DNA of 64,000 nt from an uncultured Candidatus Saccharibacteria bacterium (GTDB lineage Bacteria > Patescibacteriota > Minisyncoccia > UBA6257 > UBA9933), in NCBI GenBank assembly GCA_964428615.1, contig CAYRXZ010000001.1, positions 2,334 through 66,333 on the forward strand, read 5' to 3'. Each line of letters opens with the position of its first letter. The stretch's first letter is position 1. The position numbers were made by a program, and so were the translations under genes. The notes under the pieces are model-generated. The model saw nothing but the letters and a program-made list of their open reading frames with translations, did not search any database and had not been told where the DNA came from. Positions 29,317 to 39,053 of this stretch are shown piece after piece.

Positions 29317-29844
29317 TTAACGACGAAGGAAGTTCGCGACTCCTACTAATTGAAGTTTATATTCACCCTGAGAAACCTGTCTCAGGGTTATAGTCTCGGA
29401 TGTGTATGAACCAGAGAATATTCCATAGCCTCCTCCAGATAAATTTTCAATACGAGAGCCATTAAGCAATGCTTCCATATTTAGTGTTTCAATGTCCCAA
29501 TTATCACAAGTAGCGCCGCCATATGGAATATTTTTTGTTGATCCGTACATAAATTGACCATAGATGTGATTATTATTTTGGCTTGTTATTTTTAATTTGA
29601 TTGGACCCGTAAAAGTACAATAATTATCCGGAACATTAGTATTTTTAAAAGACGCTACGCCCTCCCAATTTCCTTTGAGATCGGCCACGGCCCCAAGATT
29701 AAATTTAGTTTCATCAATCTTTATATTCTCAATAGGTTTAATTTTTATTTCTGATTTTGATCTAAAAACAAAAACAGGAACAACTACAATGATTATTGTA
29801 GTAATAAGTACAAAAGGCCAAAATTTTACTAACCATGGACGCAT
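29317..29844 (-). CDS. Membrane-anchored hypothetical protein
   Basis: N-terminal TM and a beta-rich body; lies just downstream of the tRNA-fragment array. Confidence 0.7.
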   Translation of the reverse strand: MRPWLVKFWPFVLITTIIIVVVPVFVFRSKSEIKIKPIENIKIDETKFNLGAVADLKGNWEGVASFKNTNVPDNYCTFTGPIKLKITSQNNNHIYGQFMYGSTKNIPYGGATCDNWDIETLNMEALLNGSRIENLSGGGYGIFSGSYTSETITLRQVSQGEYKLQLVGVANFLRR

Positions 29845-29866
29845 ATTTTTATTTCAACATACAATT

Positions 29867-29920
29867 TGGCTCCCCGGGTAGGATTTTCCGCCAAAGCGGA
29901 ATAAACTTCCCTACAACCTT
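29867..29920 (-). pseudogene. tRNA 3'-half fragment (Asn-like T arm, ends in CCA) with a hairpin in the T loop
   Basis: Minus strand AAGGTTGTAGG-[GAAGTTTA TTCCGCTTTGGCGGAA]-AATCCTAC-CCGGGGAG-CCA. Confidence 0.65.
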
Positions 29921-29937
29921 TTATATTTAAACTTCTC

Positions 29938-29996
29938 TGCTCCGCGGGTAGGATTCTTCGCCTAAGGCGAATGCGCCTCTGGCTCAGAACCTACAA
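29938..29996 (-). pseudogene. tRNA 3'-half fragment with a 30-nt double-hairpin insert in the T loop
   Basis: Minus strand TTGTAGGTTC-[insert 29957-29986]-GAATCCTAC-CCGCGGAGCA. Confidence 0.7.
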
Positions 29997-29998
29997 AT

Positions 29999-30234
29999 CT
30001 ATATCAATAAATTATTTAACTCTTTTCTCCCTTGACCAGATTTCAAAAATTTTTCACGTTTCATTGCTTCGCTACGAGTTAAGAATCCCTCCCTATAAAT
30101 CAGTTTCCACGGCATTCTCCCCTTAGTATAACGACATTTCCCCGAATTATGTTCCTTTATTCTTTTACTAAGATTATTTGTACTGCCAATATATTTAGTA
30201 TCAAAAGACGAACTTTTTATTACGTGTAATACAT
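29999..30234 (-). pseudogene. GIY-YIG nuclease, apparently frameshifted near its 5' end
   Basis: KYIGSTNNLSKRIKEHNSG...YTKGRMPWKLIYRE...AMKREKFLKSGQGR; the natural start ATG TAT TAC (30234) is out of frame (236 nt to the stop). Confidence 0.75.
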
Positions 30235-30252
30235 TGCAAATAAAATCCCTTG

Positions 30253-30324
30253 CTCCGGCGGTAGGATTCGAACCTACAACCTTATCCTTAACAGGGATTT
30301 GCTCTGCCGTTGAGCTACGCCGGA
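30253..30324 (-). tRNA. tRNA-Asn(GTT)
   Basis: TCCGGCG/CGCCGGA acceptor stem, TAGCTCAACGGCAGAGC D arm, CTGTTAA anticodon loop, GTAGG-TTCGAAT-CCTAC T arm. Confidence 0.92.
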
Positions 30325-30355
30325 GCAAAAGATTTTATTAAATAAATTTACATTT

Positions 30356-30463
30356 GGTAGGATTCTTCGCCTAAGGCGAATGCGCCTCTGGCGCAGAACC
30401 TACAACCGTCTCGTTAACAGCAAGCTGCTCTGCCTCCGCCAGCCGGCGGAGAGCTACGCCGGA
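30356..30463 (-). pseudogene. Pseudo-tRNA-Asn with hairpin insertions in the D and T loops, lacking the 3' acceptor strand
   Basis: Same 5' end (TCCGGCGTAGCTC), CTGTTAA loop and T stem as the intact gene; inserts at 30435-30450 and 30366-30395. Confidence 0.78.
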
Positions 30464-30473
30464 GCAAAGCATT

Positions 30474-30872
30474 TTATACTTTCTTGTCTTTTCCTTTTTT
30501 GTCCAATTTTTTCAGCTGATTTTTTATTTCCTCCAAATCGCTTTTTATCTGTCTTAAACTTACTGCCTCGCCTCTTAATTCTTCTTCTGTTTTTTCATCA
30601 ATTCTCTTTTCTTCTTTAATACCGCTCAGTAAAATTTGGTCGCCGATAAAAAAAGAAACAAATAATCCAGTTGTCAATAAAATAAGAACGCTTATTAATA
30701 TTGAAACTGGTCCTGTCATAAAGGGAAACATGTCTGCTGTCATCCAAATTCCGCGCCAAAGCAAAACAATACCTATACTTCCAACTATCGCGTAAAGAAC
30801 CGGATGATGTGAAAGCGCCCCTCTGACTTTATCCTCAAATTTATCAAAAAATTTCATCATATTCATACTCAA
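30474..30872 (-). CDS. Conserved two-TM protein with a C-terminal coiled coil
   Basis: FFDKFEDKVRGALSHHP, IVLLWRGIW, FFIGD; start could be a few codons downstream. Confidence 0.8.
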   Translation of the reverse strand: MSMNMMKFFDKFEDKVRGALSHHPVLYAIVGSIGIVLLWRGIWMTADMFPFMTGPVSILISVLILLTTGLFVSFFIGDQILLSGIKEEKRIDEKTEEELRGEAVSLRQIKSDLEEIKNQLKKLDKKGKDKKV

Positions 30873-30900
30873 AATTCAACAATCACCATTATAATTTTTA

Positions 30901-30931
30901 AAAGGCTCCCTGTCAAAGACATGGGAGCCTT
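30901..30931 (-). terminator. Probable intrinsic terminator
   Basis: AAAGGCTCCC-TGTC-AAA-GACA-T-GGGAGCCTTT at the stop of 30931..31326. Confidence 0.7.
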
Positions 30932-31326
30932 TATTGATAAGCATTTATGGCTTCCACTATTCTATTTTTCATAGTCTCGTAGCTTTCATAAAATTCTATC
31001 TCCACAGTTGGGATATCCGGGTGCCTTTTCTTATGATTCTCTACCCATGCCTTCCCTGTAATAGACAAGGGGATAGATTGATATTTTCTTTTATCTATCC
31101 GAACTACGTAAAAATCTATACCTTCTTTAATATCCGAATAAGAAAATCTACCCGACGGAACAAACCCACTAATAATCCCTGAAGTTTTTAACTCTTTAAG
31201 AATTTTATTTACCATAAACTCTCTTCGCTTACCGATTCTTTCGCTGGCCCAATTACCGCAACTCTTAATTTCTTCTTTTATTTTTTCCCTTAACAAGAAG
31301 AATCTAACCATTTTGGGTTTTTTCAA
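30931..31326 (-). CDS. Hypothetical protein
   Basis: 131 aa with a TTG start preceded by AAGGAGG; followed by a terminator; directly downstream of tRNA-Lys. Confidence 0.7.
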   Translation of the reverse strand: MKKPKMVRFFLLREKIKEEIKSCGNWASERIGKRREFMVNKILKELKTSGIISGFVPSGRFSYSDIKEGIDFYVVRIDKRKYQSIPLSITGKAWVENHKKRHPDIPTVEIEFYESYETMKNRIVEAINAYQ

Positions 31327-31369
31327 TTTCTATCGCCTCCTTTATTTTTTTATTTTTTTGAATGTTCTG

Positions 31370-31442
31370 TGCGCCCACCAGGGCTCGAACCTGGGACCTT
31401 CTCCTTAAAAGGGAGCCGCTCTACCAACTGAGCTATGGGCGC
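31370..31442 (-). tRNA. tRNA-Lys(TTT)
   Basis: GCGCCCA TAGCTCAGTTGGTAGAGC...CTCC-CTTTTAA-GGAG...GGTTCGAGCC...TGGGCGC-A. Confidence 0.95.
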
Positions 31443-31496
31443 AAAAGAACCCGTAGCTCGAGAGCATTAGGGCTCTTCTTATTTATTTTAAATCGT

Positions 31497-31940
31497 CTAT
31501 CTGGTTACAGATATCACTTCATCTAATTCAATAGAAGAACTAGAAACGCCAATAGTAATCCGACTGGTTGTGGCGTTTTGAAAAATCTGATATTTGGTAT
31601 CGGCAGCGCTTCCGTCTTTCGGATCAAAAACCATAGTAGAAACATAAGTCGGCACCAAACAAGGTTCCAAATTTACTAAACCGGCATCTGAGCCGATATT
31701 GGTTAGAAAACTAGGAATAGCTACTGTTGAAGCACCACAAGTGGTATTCCAAACTCCTTTATTATCAGCCATTCTTTGCCCAACCGCGTTCAAAATTGTA
31801 TTAACATTGCTCCATCTTTGAGTATTTCTTGCTTGAGCAAATTGCCGGGCTGGATTTAAAGCCACAATAACAACTGCCGCTAAAATAGCAATAATACCGA
31901 TAACTACCAACAATTCTATCAAAGTAAAACCTTTATTCAT
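31497..31940 (-). CDS. Type IV pilin (probable major pilin)
   Basis: MNKG|FTLIELLVVIGIIAILAAVVIVALNP prepilin motif. Confidence 0.93.
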   Translation of the reverse strand: MNKGFTLIELLVVIGIIAILAAVVIVALNPARQFAQARNTQRWSNVNTILNAVGQRMADNKGVWNTTCGASTVAIPSFLTNIGSDAGLVNLEPCLVPTYVSTMVFDPKDGSAADTKYQIFQNATTSRITIGVSSSSIELDEVISVTR

Positions 31941-32012
31941 AACATATTTAACATTTTAGATAATCTTTCGACCTTTAATTTACGCCTTTATTATACCAAT
32001 ATATTAAAAAAA

Positions 32013-32390
32013 TCAAAATTTCGCAACTTCTTCCCAAAAAATAATCGATAAATCGCTTTCTTGAGCCGTAATTTTTAAATTGGTAGTTGCTTTCTGGAAA
32101 ATTGCCTTAGTTTTAATGATTTTTTGACTCGAGACGGTTTCAATCGGCAAAATAAAACACTGATATTCGCCTACAGAAATATTTTCATCGCCATTATAAG
32201 ATCTATCCCATGATAATTTTAATAAAGCCGTTTCAACACATGCCTCGGCCAAAGCAAAACTTCGTTCTTTGAATTCGGCGTCCAAAATATTAGCGCGGCT
32301 GAAAAAACCCGTAGAACTGACGGTTAAAGTAATCGTCATAAGTAAAATCGAAATAATAATTGTGGATATAATAGCAATATAACCTTTCAT
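32013..32390 (-). CDS. PilX-like minor pilin
   Basis: MKG|YIAIIS hydrophobic N-terminus lacking E5; LAEACVETAL. Confidence 0.78.
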   Translation of the reverse strand: MKGYIAIISTIIISILLMTITLTVSSTGFFSRANILDAEFKERSFALAEACVETALLKLSWDRSYNGDENISVGEYQCFILPIETVSSQKIIKTKAIFQKATTNLKITAQESDLSIIFWEEVAKF

Positions 32391-32848
32391 TTTCTTAAAT
32401 ATATAGTCGTATTAAATAATTTTGAATTGACTATTAAATTTATTTTTATTGCTTCCGGCAAATTGCCGTTAGCCGCCTGATGTTCAAAAATAACATTATT
32501 CACGGCAATATTTTGGCTGTTTAAGATATTCCACTCGTTCAAACCATTTTTTAATCTAAGATTATTAGAATTTAAATCAACAATAATTGGGTTGTCGGAA
32601 AAATTGGCTTTATTGACGGAAAGCGTTGAACTAGTTGCGTCAACCGGCGGGATATTGATTGCTGTCGCTCCGATTAAAGCCCATTTAATTTTTTGAAGCA
32701 GAAAATTCGCTTCTTGCTCAATAATGATTGAGTCATAAATACCATTATTGCTTTCAATTATTTGATAAACCGCCACAAGAGAACCGCCGATGATAATGGA
32801 GGTTAAAGCAGAATAGATTAAAATTTCAATTAAAGTAAAACCCCGCAT
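32387..32848 (-). CDS. Type IV minor pilin (PilW-like)
   Basis: MRG|FTLIEILIY. Confidence 0.88.
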   Translation of the reverse strand: MRGFTLIEILIYSALTSIIIGGSLVAVYQIIESNNGIYDSIIIEQEANFLLQKIKWALIGATAINIPPVDATSSTLSVNKANFSDNPIIVDLNSNNLRLKNGLNEWNILNSQNIAVNNVIFEHQAANGNLPEAIKINLIVNSKLFNTTIYLRK

Positions 32849-32849
32849 A

Positions 32850-34232
32850 TTAAGGACTTGATGTAATAATTCTTAAAGCGTCGTTTGAACGGACCGAAAC
32901 ATAAATAATATTGTCTTCATAATCTATGCCTGTAGCCATTTGTGGAAAATTAAAAAAACTCCATAACAAAGGACTGGAAGGATTGGAAATATTATATATT
33001 TTAAATTCCGCGTTGGCGTCTTCCGTTACCAAAAAAGCCAAAGAACCGGCTGAAACAATATCGCGAGTTTTATCGCCGATTGAAACTGAACCAACGATTG
33101 CCATATTGGAAACGTCGGAAGCGTTAACGATATAAAATTTTGTTTTTTCGCCAACCAGTATCTTGTCTTCGCTTTTTGAATAAACACTATAAGTATAATC
33201 GCCGATGTCGATTGACCCCAAAATAAACGGCGAGGTTGAGCTTACCACATCAACCACAATCATTCCTCTTTTAAAATCTTCAGTACCTAAATAAGCCCGA
33301 TTATTTAAAACATAAATGTCATTAATTCCATTGCCAACGCCTGAAAGGCCGGAAACTAATGAAGGATTTAAAGGATTATTCACATCAATAATTGAAAATT
33401 CCTGAGGGGCTCCGCTGGCGCGGCCGACATAAACATAATTATCCCAATAAAATATTGTTAAAGCGTCGGCATCGCCGGGCAAATCAAGAGAAGCTATTTC
33501 AACCGGCGCCGACAAATTACTAACATCAACAACGATGAATTCCTTATTATCATCCTTGCCGACCGTATAAGCGTAATTGCCGGCAACATCAATACTATTT
33601 AACCCTTCTCCCATATTAAGACTGGAAATAATAAAAGGACTTTGACCGTTGGCGGCATCAACGATAAAAAAATCCGGTTTGGTTTCAACACTCGCGATTG
33701 CCGAAAGATAAATAATTTTATTTTTAACATCTAAATCGGTGGCGGAAACTCCAGCTCCAAGATCAATTGAGCCCAAAGTTCGAGGATTTTCCCAATTGCC
33801 CGAAGGAGGACTTCCTCCGGTATCGCCGCCGGTCTCAAGAACCACCTGCTTATCCGTAATTAAAGTAACTAATTCAATTTTTTGCGGCCGCAATTTTTCA
33901 ATTTGCCAACTAACACGACTGATAATTTTTTTAGTATAAGTGTCAATATTATCAATAATTATTTCTTTTAAATAAATATCTTCCGTTGATGAACTTGATA
34001 TTAAAGAATTAAAATCTTGTTTGCCAGTCGCCCAAGCAGTTTCCAAAATTTGACGATTAAGATAAAGCGCCTGGTTACTCAATTCTGCGTCTATCGCCGT
34101 TGACTGATTCCCAAAAGAAATTATAACGGCGGCAGCAATACTTGTCGTTAAAATAAAAAGCGAAATAAGGATTTCCAGAGTGGATTGCCCCGTAGAATAA
34201 TTTTTTTTATTACCAATTAATTCTTCCTTCAT
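32850..34232 (-). CDS. Pilin-like protein (PilV-like) fused to an LVIVD-repeat beta-propeller
   Basis: G|QSTLEILISL N-terminus; repeated GNYAY...FIVVDVSN...P units. Confidence 0.85.
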   Translation of the reverse strand: MKEELIGNKKNYSTGQSTLEILISLFILTTSIAAAVIISFGNQSTAIDAELSNQALYLNRQILETAWATGKQDFNSLISSSSTEDIYLKEIIIDNIDTYTKKIISRVSWQIEKLRPQKIELVTLITDKQVVLETGGDTGGSPPSGNWENPRTLGSIDLGAGVSATDLDVKNKIIYLSAIASVETKPDFFIVDAANGQSPFIISSLNMGEGLNSIDVAGNYAYTVGKDDNKEFIVVDVSNLSAPVEIASLDLPGDADALTIFYWDNYVYVGRASGAPQEFSIIDVNNPLNPSLVSGLSGVGNGINDIYVLNNRAYLGTEDFKRGMIVVDVVSSTSPFILGSIDIGDYTYSVYSKSEDKILVGEKTKFYIVNASDVSNMAIVGSVSIGDKTRDIVSAGSLAFLVTEDANAEFKIYNISNPSSPLLWSFFNFPQMATGIDYEDNIIYVSVRSNDALRIITSSP

Positions 34233-34659
34233 TTTGAATTGATATTATTGACGAACGCGTCTCATTGGTCATGGTAATATTTCCTGTAATATTAGGGTTG
34301 CCTGTTAATTGTTCAAAAACGACTTCCTCTAAACCACCGCGAGTTATCGCTTGATTGGCTTTAATAATTTCATCATAAACGGTATCGCGCGATAAATAAT
34401 TTTCGCCTTGAAAAATTATGTATTCGCTATTTTTAAGATAAACGCCATGCTTGACCTCATTGATATTCGTCAACGATTGATTTCTGGCTTTCTGAAGAAC
34501 GCTGACTATTAGATTACGTTCGGAATTAAAACCATGGCTTTTATAGAAATCGATGCCGACAAATAAACCCAAAGCTCCAAGCGCAACAAAAATAGTCATT
34601 GCTATTAATAATTCAATAAGGGTGAAGCCCCTGTTATCTAAGGTTTTGGGTAACTTCAT
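34210..34659 (-). CDS. Type IV minor pilin (FimT-like)
   Basis: MKLPKTLDNRG|FTLIELLIAM; start moved to the ATG at 34659. Confidence 0.88.
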   Translation of the reverse strand: MKLPKTLDNRGFTLIELLIAMTIFVALGALGLFVGIDFYKSHGFNSERNLIVSVLQKARNQSLTNINEVKHGVYLKNSEYIIFQGENYLSRDTVYDEIIKANQAITRGGLEEVVFEQLTGNPNITGNITMTNETRSSIISIQNEGRINW

Positions 34660-35689
34660 AAATTGGCGTAATAATTGAAAGAGCGACGAAACCGACAATC
34701 GCCCCCATAACAACCATTAAAAGCGGTTCTAAAACAGTTGATAAATTTTTTGTCATTTCATCAAGTTTTTTTTCGTGGAATTCCGAAAGGTATAAAAGAG
34801 TTTCGCTCAAATTACCCGTTGCCTCGCCGATAGCAATTAATTGCGAAAGCATTGGCGGAAAAAGACGCTGTCTCTTTTCTAAATGTTTTGAAATTTCCCC
34901 GCCACCGGAAATTTCTTTGGCTATTTCTTTAAATTCTTTTCTGTAAATAAGATTGGGCAAGCTATCAGCCGTAATAGAAAGAGCTTCAACGACTTTAACA
35001 TCGCTTTTGAGAAGCAAACTTAAAGTTCGACAAAAGTTCGCCATATTATAATTTTGGGAAATATCGCCGACAAGCGGCGTATAAAGAATTAAACGATCGG
35101 TAAAAAAACGAACCGATTTTATTTTCAACATTAACCAAGCGGAGATAATCATTATAATAATTCCAAAAACAACATAAACACCATAAATTAAAAGAAATTC
35201 ACTGACATTAATAAGAATTCTAGTGGTAATGGGAAGTTGGACTTTCAAACTTTTAAAAATCGGCAGAATTTTAGGAAAAATATAAACTGTTAAAAGACCG
35301 GTAATTATAAAAGTGGCGATAACAATAATAATCGGGTAGATAAGCGCGCTAAGCACTTTACGGCGCAGCTCCCGTTTTTTATTTAATTCTTCCGCCAGAT
35401 AATTTAAATTTTCATAAAGAATGCCACTAGCTTCGCCGACTCTGATGACATTAATCATTAAATCACCAAAGACGCCTTTAAAACGTTCCAAGCTGGTGGA
35501 TAAAAACTGACCATTGGCAATATCTTCGGTAATTTGCCCGAGAATTTCTATCATCGATTTTGACCTCGCCTGTTTTTGAAGAAGTTTAACGCTGTCCAAA
35601 ATCGGCATGCCGGCCTTAATCATCACCGCCAAATTTTTGGCAAAAATGATTTTTTCCTGCAGTGGAATCCAAAAGAAAAATTTATTCAT
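34634..35689 (-). CDS. pilC: Type IV pilus/T2SS platform protein (PilC/GspF)
   Basis: NLAVMIKAGMPI, GEASG, ALIYP, GEATGNL, LEPLLMVVMG. Confidence 0.92.
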   Translation of the reverse strand: MNKFFFWIPLQEKIIFAKNLAVMIKAGMPILDSVKLLQKQARSKSMIEILGQITEDIANGQFLSTSLERFKGVFGDLMINVIRVGEASGILYENLNYLAEELNKKRELRRKVLSALIYPIIIVIATFIITGLLTVYIFPKILPIFKSLKVQLPITTRILINVSEFLLIYGVYVVFGIIIMIISAWLMLKIKSVRFFTDRLILYTPLVGDISQNYNMANFCRTLSLLLKSDVKVVEALSITADSLPNLIYRKEFKEIAKEISGGGEISKHLEKRQRLFPPMLSQLIAIGEATGNLSETLLYLSEFHEKKLDEMTKNLSTVLEPLLMVVMGAIVGFVALSIITPIYEVTQNLR

Positions 35690-36896
35690 TGATTACTCTT
35701 AATATTTCTTCGACCGTGGTAATGCCGCTTATAACTTTTTGGAAACCGTCTTCAATCATAGTGGTCATTCCGTTTTTGATGGCAATCTTTTTTATTTCGC
35801 CAGCGTCAACCTTTTTTACTACAGCTGCTCTTATTTCATCATCCATTTCTAAAACTTCATAAATGCCGATTCGGCCGCGATAACCACTATGGTCGCATTT
35901 ATCGCAACCGCTACCCTGATAGAAATTTTTGTAATTCGCCAAAATTTTCCCAGGTAAAACACCTGAAAGACTTTTTATTTCATCTTGGGTGATAGATTTT
36001 TTAATTTTACAATCCGAACAAATTTTTCTCACCAATCGCTGGCCAATAGCGAGATTAATGGTGGAGGCGATTAAAAATGGCTCTATTTCCATATCAATAA
36101 GCCTAGGTAAAGTTGTGGCGGCATCATTGGTATGTAAAGTGGAAAGAAGAAGATGACCTGTTAGAGCGGCATTAATTGAGATCGAAGCGGTTTCTTCATC
36201 GCGAATTTCACCAACCATAATAATATTCGGGTCTTGTCTTAAAATAGAACGGAGGCCTGTGGCAAAAGTCAAACCGGTGCGCGGATTAACTTGAATCTGG
36301 TCTATTCCTTCAATAGCATATTCAATCGGGTCTTCAATAGTAATAATGGAAATTTCCGGCGTATTTAAAAGTTTGATCAAAGTATAAAGAACCGTTGTTT
36401 TCCCGGAACCGGTCGGTCCGGTAGAAAGAATCATTCCATAAGGTTTTTTAACGGCGTTAAGAATTTTCTTTTTATCCCTTTCACTAAAACCTAAGGTTTC
36501 TAAAATAAATTTTCCCGTTTTTTCCGCCAAAAGCCTTAAAACGGCATTTTCGCCGTAATAAGTCGGAGCGATGGAAACTCTGATGTCAATCGGGCCGACT
36601 TTTTTAATGACAAGACGGAAACGGCCATCTTGAGCCGCTTGATGCTCGTCGGTCCTTAACCCTGAAAGAACTTTAATTCTGGTAATTATTTCTGAATGAA
36701 TTTCCTTAGGAAAAATAAAACTATCATGAAGTACGCCATCAATTCTTAATCTGACCCGCAAACGTTTGTCTTCCGGATCAATATGAATATCAGAAGCTCT
36801 ACTTTCATAAGCATGTTCGATTAAGCTGTCTATCAAATCAATAATCGAAATTTGCTCTCCTTTTTTAATCTCTTGATCAATATTTTTTTTAGGCAT
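35682..36896 (-). CDS. pilB: Pilus assembly ATPase (PilB/GspE), short form
   Basis: ASDIHIDP, QDGRF, GPTGSGKTT, TIEDPIEY, LRQDPNIIMVGEIRD, STLHTN, two CxxC. Confidence 0.92.
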   Translation of the reverse strand: MPKKNIDQEIKKGEQISIIDLIDSLIEHAYESRASDIHIDPEDKRLRVRLRIDGVLHDSFIFPKEIHSEIITRIKVLSGLRTDEHQAAQDGRFRLVIKKVGPIDIRVSIAPTYYGENAVLRLLAEKTGKFILETLGFSERDKKKILNAVKKPYGMILSTGPTGSGKTTVLYTLIKLLNTPEISIITIEDPIEYAIEGIDQIQVNPRTGLTFATGLRSILRQDPNIIMVGEIRDEETASISINAALTGHLLLSTLHTNDAATTLPRLIDMEIEPFLIASTINLAIGQRLVRKICSDCKIKKSITQDEIKSLSGVLPGKILANYKNFYQGSGCDKCDHSGYRGRIGIYEVLEMDDEIRAAVVKKVDAGEIKKIAIKNGMTTMIEDGFQKVISGITTVEEILRVINE

Positions 36897-36919
36897 TTCT
36901 TATTCGTCTTTACCCATAT

Positions 36920-38047
36920 TTAAATTTCTTTTTCCAGATCTTCTAAAATTTTTCTTGCCTTTGCGCTAACTTTTTTCGGCGTTTTAACTTTTAATTCTAC
37001 GATTAAATCACCTCTGCCAAACCCGCCAAACCTAGGCATTCCTTCTCCGCGAATCTTCAAATTCTCTTTTAAATCAAAATCTGCCGGAATTTCAATCTTT
37101 AATTTATTACCTGAAATAGTCAGAATATCAATCTTTTTATCTAACATCAAATCAATCATTTTAAAATCTTTTCTTATTATCAAATCATCTTCTTGCCGTT
37201 TAAAAATCTGGTGCGATTTAATTTTGATAATTATATAAAGGTCTCCTTCTTTAGCTCCGCGTTCGCCTGCTTCGCCTCCCCCCTGAATTTTTATTATTTG
37301 TCCGTCGGCAATGCCGGAACGAATTTCTATCGTTGTATTTTTTTCACCCATTACTTTGCCGACGCCACGGCAAACTTCGCAAACTTTTTTCGGAATCTGT
37401 CCTGTGCCAAAACATTTAGAGCAAGATTTTACTTGCATAATATCTCCAAAAAAACTTTTACGAATTTCTTTTATCTCACCTCTGCCGCCGCAAGTTTCGC
37501 ATTTATCAAAACCGGCTTTAGCGTCATGACCCAAGCCACTGCACTTTTCGCATTTTATCGAAACCGAATATTTTATTTTTTTCTCTGCCCCACGATATGC
37601 TTCTTCTAAATCTATTTCCTGAACTATTTGGACATCAGCTCCGCCATGATATGAACGGCGCTTTTGTTTTACACCCATACCTTCAAAAAACGCATCAAAT
37701 ACATCGCTCAAATCTCCAAAGTCGCCGGAAAAATTGACATTTGCTCCTCCAAAATCGAAACCAAAAGGATTTCCCTGAGTTCCGCCGAAGGGCCCGCCTT
37801 GCGAAAAATCAAATCCGTTAAATCCTCCGCCGGCTTGCTGACCGCCATCAAATACTCGGCCGAATCTGTCGTATTGTGCCCGCTTTTCTTTACTAGACAA
37901 AACTTTATACGCTTCGCTTATTTCCTTGAATTTCTTTTCGTCGCCGCCCTTGTCGGGATGATATTTATGCGCTAATTTCCGAAACGCTTTTTTAACGTCC
38001 TCTTCCGAAGCTCCCTTATTTATGCCAAGAATTTTATAATAATCCAT
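36920..38047 (-). CDS. dnaJ: Chaperone DnaJ
   Basis: J domain with HPD, G/F region and four CxxCxGxG repeats. Confidence 0.96.
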   Translation of the reverse strand: MDYYKILGINKGASEEDVKKAFRKLAHKYHPDKGGDEKKFKEISEAYKVLSSKEKRAQYDRFGRVFDGGQQAGGGFNGFDFSQGGPFGGTQGNPFGFDFGGANVNFSGDFGDLSDVFDAFFEGMGVKQKRRSYHGGADVQIVQEIDLEEAYRGAEKKIKYSVSIKCEKCSGLGHDAKAGFDKCETCGGRGEIKEIRKSFFGDIMQVKSCSKCFGTGQIPKKVCEVCRGVGKVMGEKNTTIEIRSGIADGQIIKIQGGGEAGERGAKEGDLYIIIKIKSHQIFKRQEDDLIIRKDFKMIDLMLDKKIDILTISGNKLKIEIPADFDLKENLKIRGEGMPRFGGFGRGDLIVELKVKTPKKVSAKARKILEDLEKEI

Positions 38048-39033
38048 TATTTTAAAATGACATTCTCTTTGCTTCTTCCTTCAAGTATAATCGTGCCGAA
38101 ACCCAAAGCCAAAAGAGTTTCATAAAGTAAAAACGAAACAAAAGCGGCAAGTAAACGAATTGGCCAAATAAAACTAATAATAACTAAAAATATGAAAACT
38201 GCAACCAATATTGGAGTAGAATTTAATATATTGTCCGGCAATGAATAAAATTTAACCGCTAAAAAGTCATACATCGTGTCGGAAAGCTTGCTTTGAAAAT
38301 TCAGCTGCGTCCCGGCCATACCCATTGCCTGACTTTTTACCTGTTGAATTGCATTACCTAATAATTCTTCTTTTATAGAATCTGGCAAAAGGCTAAGTTG
38401 AGGATTATTTTCAAGTTCCTTTGTGGCGATACTTCTTATCATTTCTTCTGTTGAACCGGCAAGATTAAAACCGGGCATAATTTTTTCCAAAACCCCATTA
38501 TCCGTTATTGGAGAAACTACAACATTGAAAGCATTTCGTGAGATAAAAAAGTCTTTATCGCTAACATCTATAAAACTTGCGCAAATAACTCCAGCAAACA
38601 CCGCTATTCCGGCAACCACCTTGGGTAAAACTTTTTTAGCAACTTTCCAAAACTTTATTTCAAGAGCATTTTCAATTTCTTTTCTGCCGGCATAAATGCC
38701 GGATACAAAAAATAAAAGGCCTAAAATTATCCCAACGCCAACCATTAAAGAAAATCTATCGTAAAAAAAGATAAAAAATGCCAAGCTTTGAAATAAAACC
38801 GCCAAAACAACCATCCATCCGGTTTTAATAAAGAAAACACAAAGCAAAAACACCGCCATGAAAGCAAGCGCCATTAATGAAGACAATAAAAGATTATTCC
38901 CGCCGCCGCTAACCATAAAAACCTGTACAAAAAATCCCGAAGCAAAAGAAAACACAACGCCGAAAAGCGACAAAATAATTATTTTAACCCTTGAACGGTC
39001 TAATGAAACCTCATCTGTTCCCGATGAATCCAT
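38047..39033 (-). CDS. Polytopic membrane hypothetical protein
   Basis: 328 aa with several TM helices, between dnaK and dnaJ. Confidence 0.8.
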   Translation of the reverse strand: MDSSGTDEVSLDRSRVKIIILSLFGVVFSFASGFFVQVFMVSGGGNNLLLSSLMALAFMAVFLLCVFFIKTGWMVVLAVLFQSLAFFIFFYDRFSLMVGVGIILGLLFFVSGIYAGRKEIENALEIKFWKVAKKVLPKVVAGIAVFAGVICASFIDVSDKDFFISRNAFNVVVSPITDNGVLEKIMPGFNLAGSTEEMIRSIATKELENNPQLSLLPDSIKEELLGNAIQQVKSQAMGMAGTQLNFQSKLSDTMYDFLAVKFYSLPDNILNSTPILVAVFIFLVIISFIWPIRLLAAFVSFLLYETLLALGFGTIILEGRSKENVILK

Positions 39034-39053
39034 AATTATATTATAGCAAATTT

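Noticed and set aside
30235-30328. N-terminal extension of the 29999..30328 ORF in the track
   Set aside because: It is a read-through of the tRNA-Asn gene, not plausible coding sequence.
29317-31442. Prophage or integrative element at the tRNA-Asn/tRNA-Lys locus
   Set aside because: There is no integrase or phage gene; only short cargo ORFs and tRNA fragments are present.
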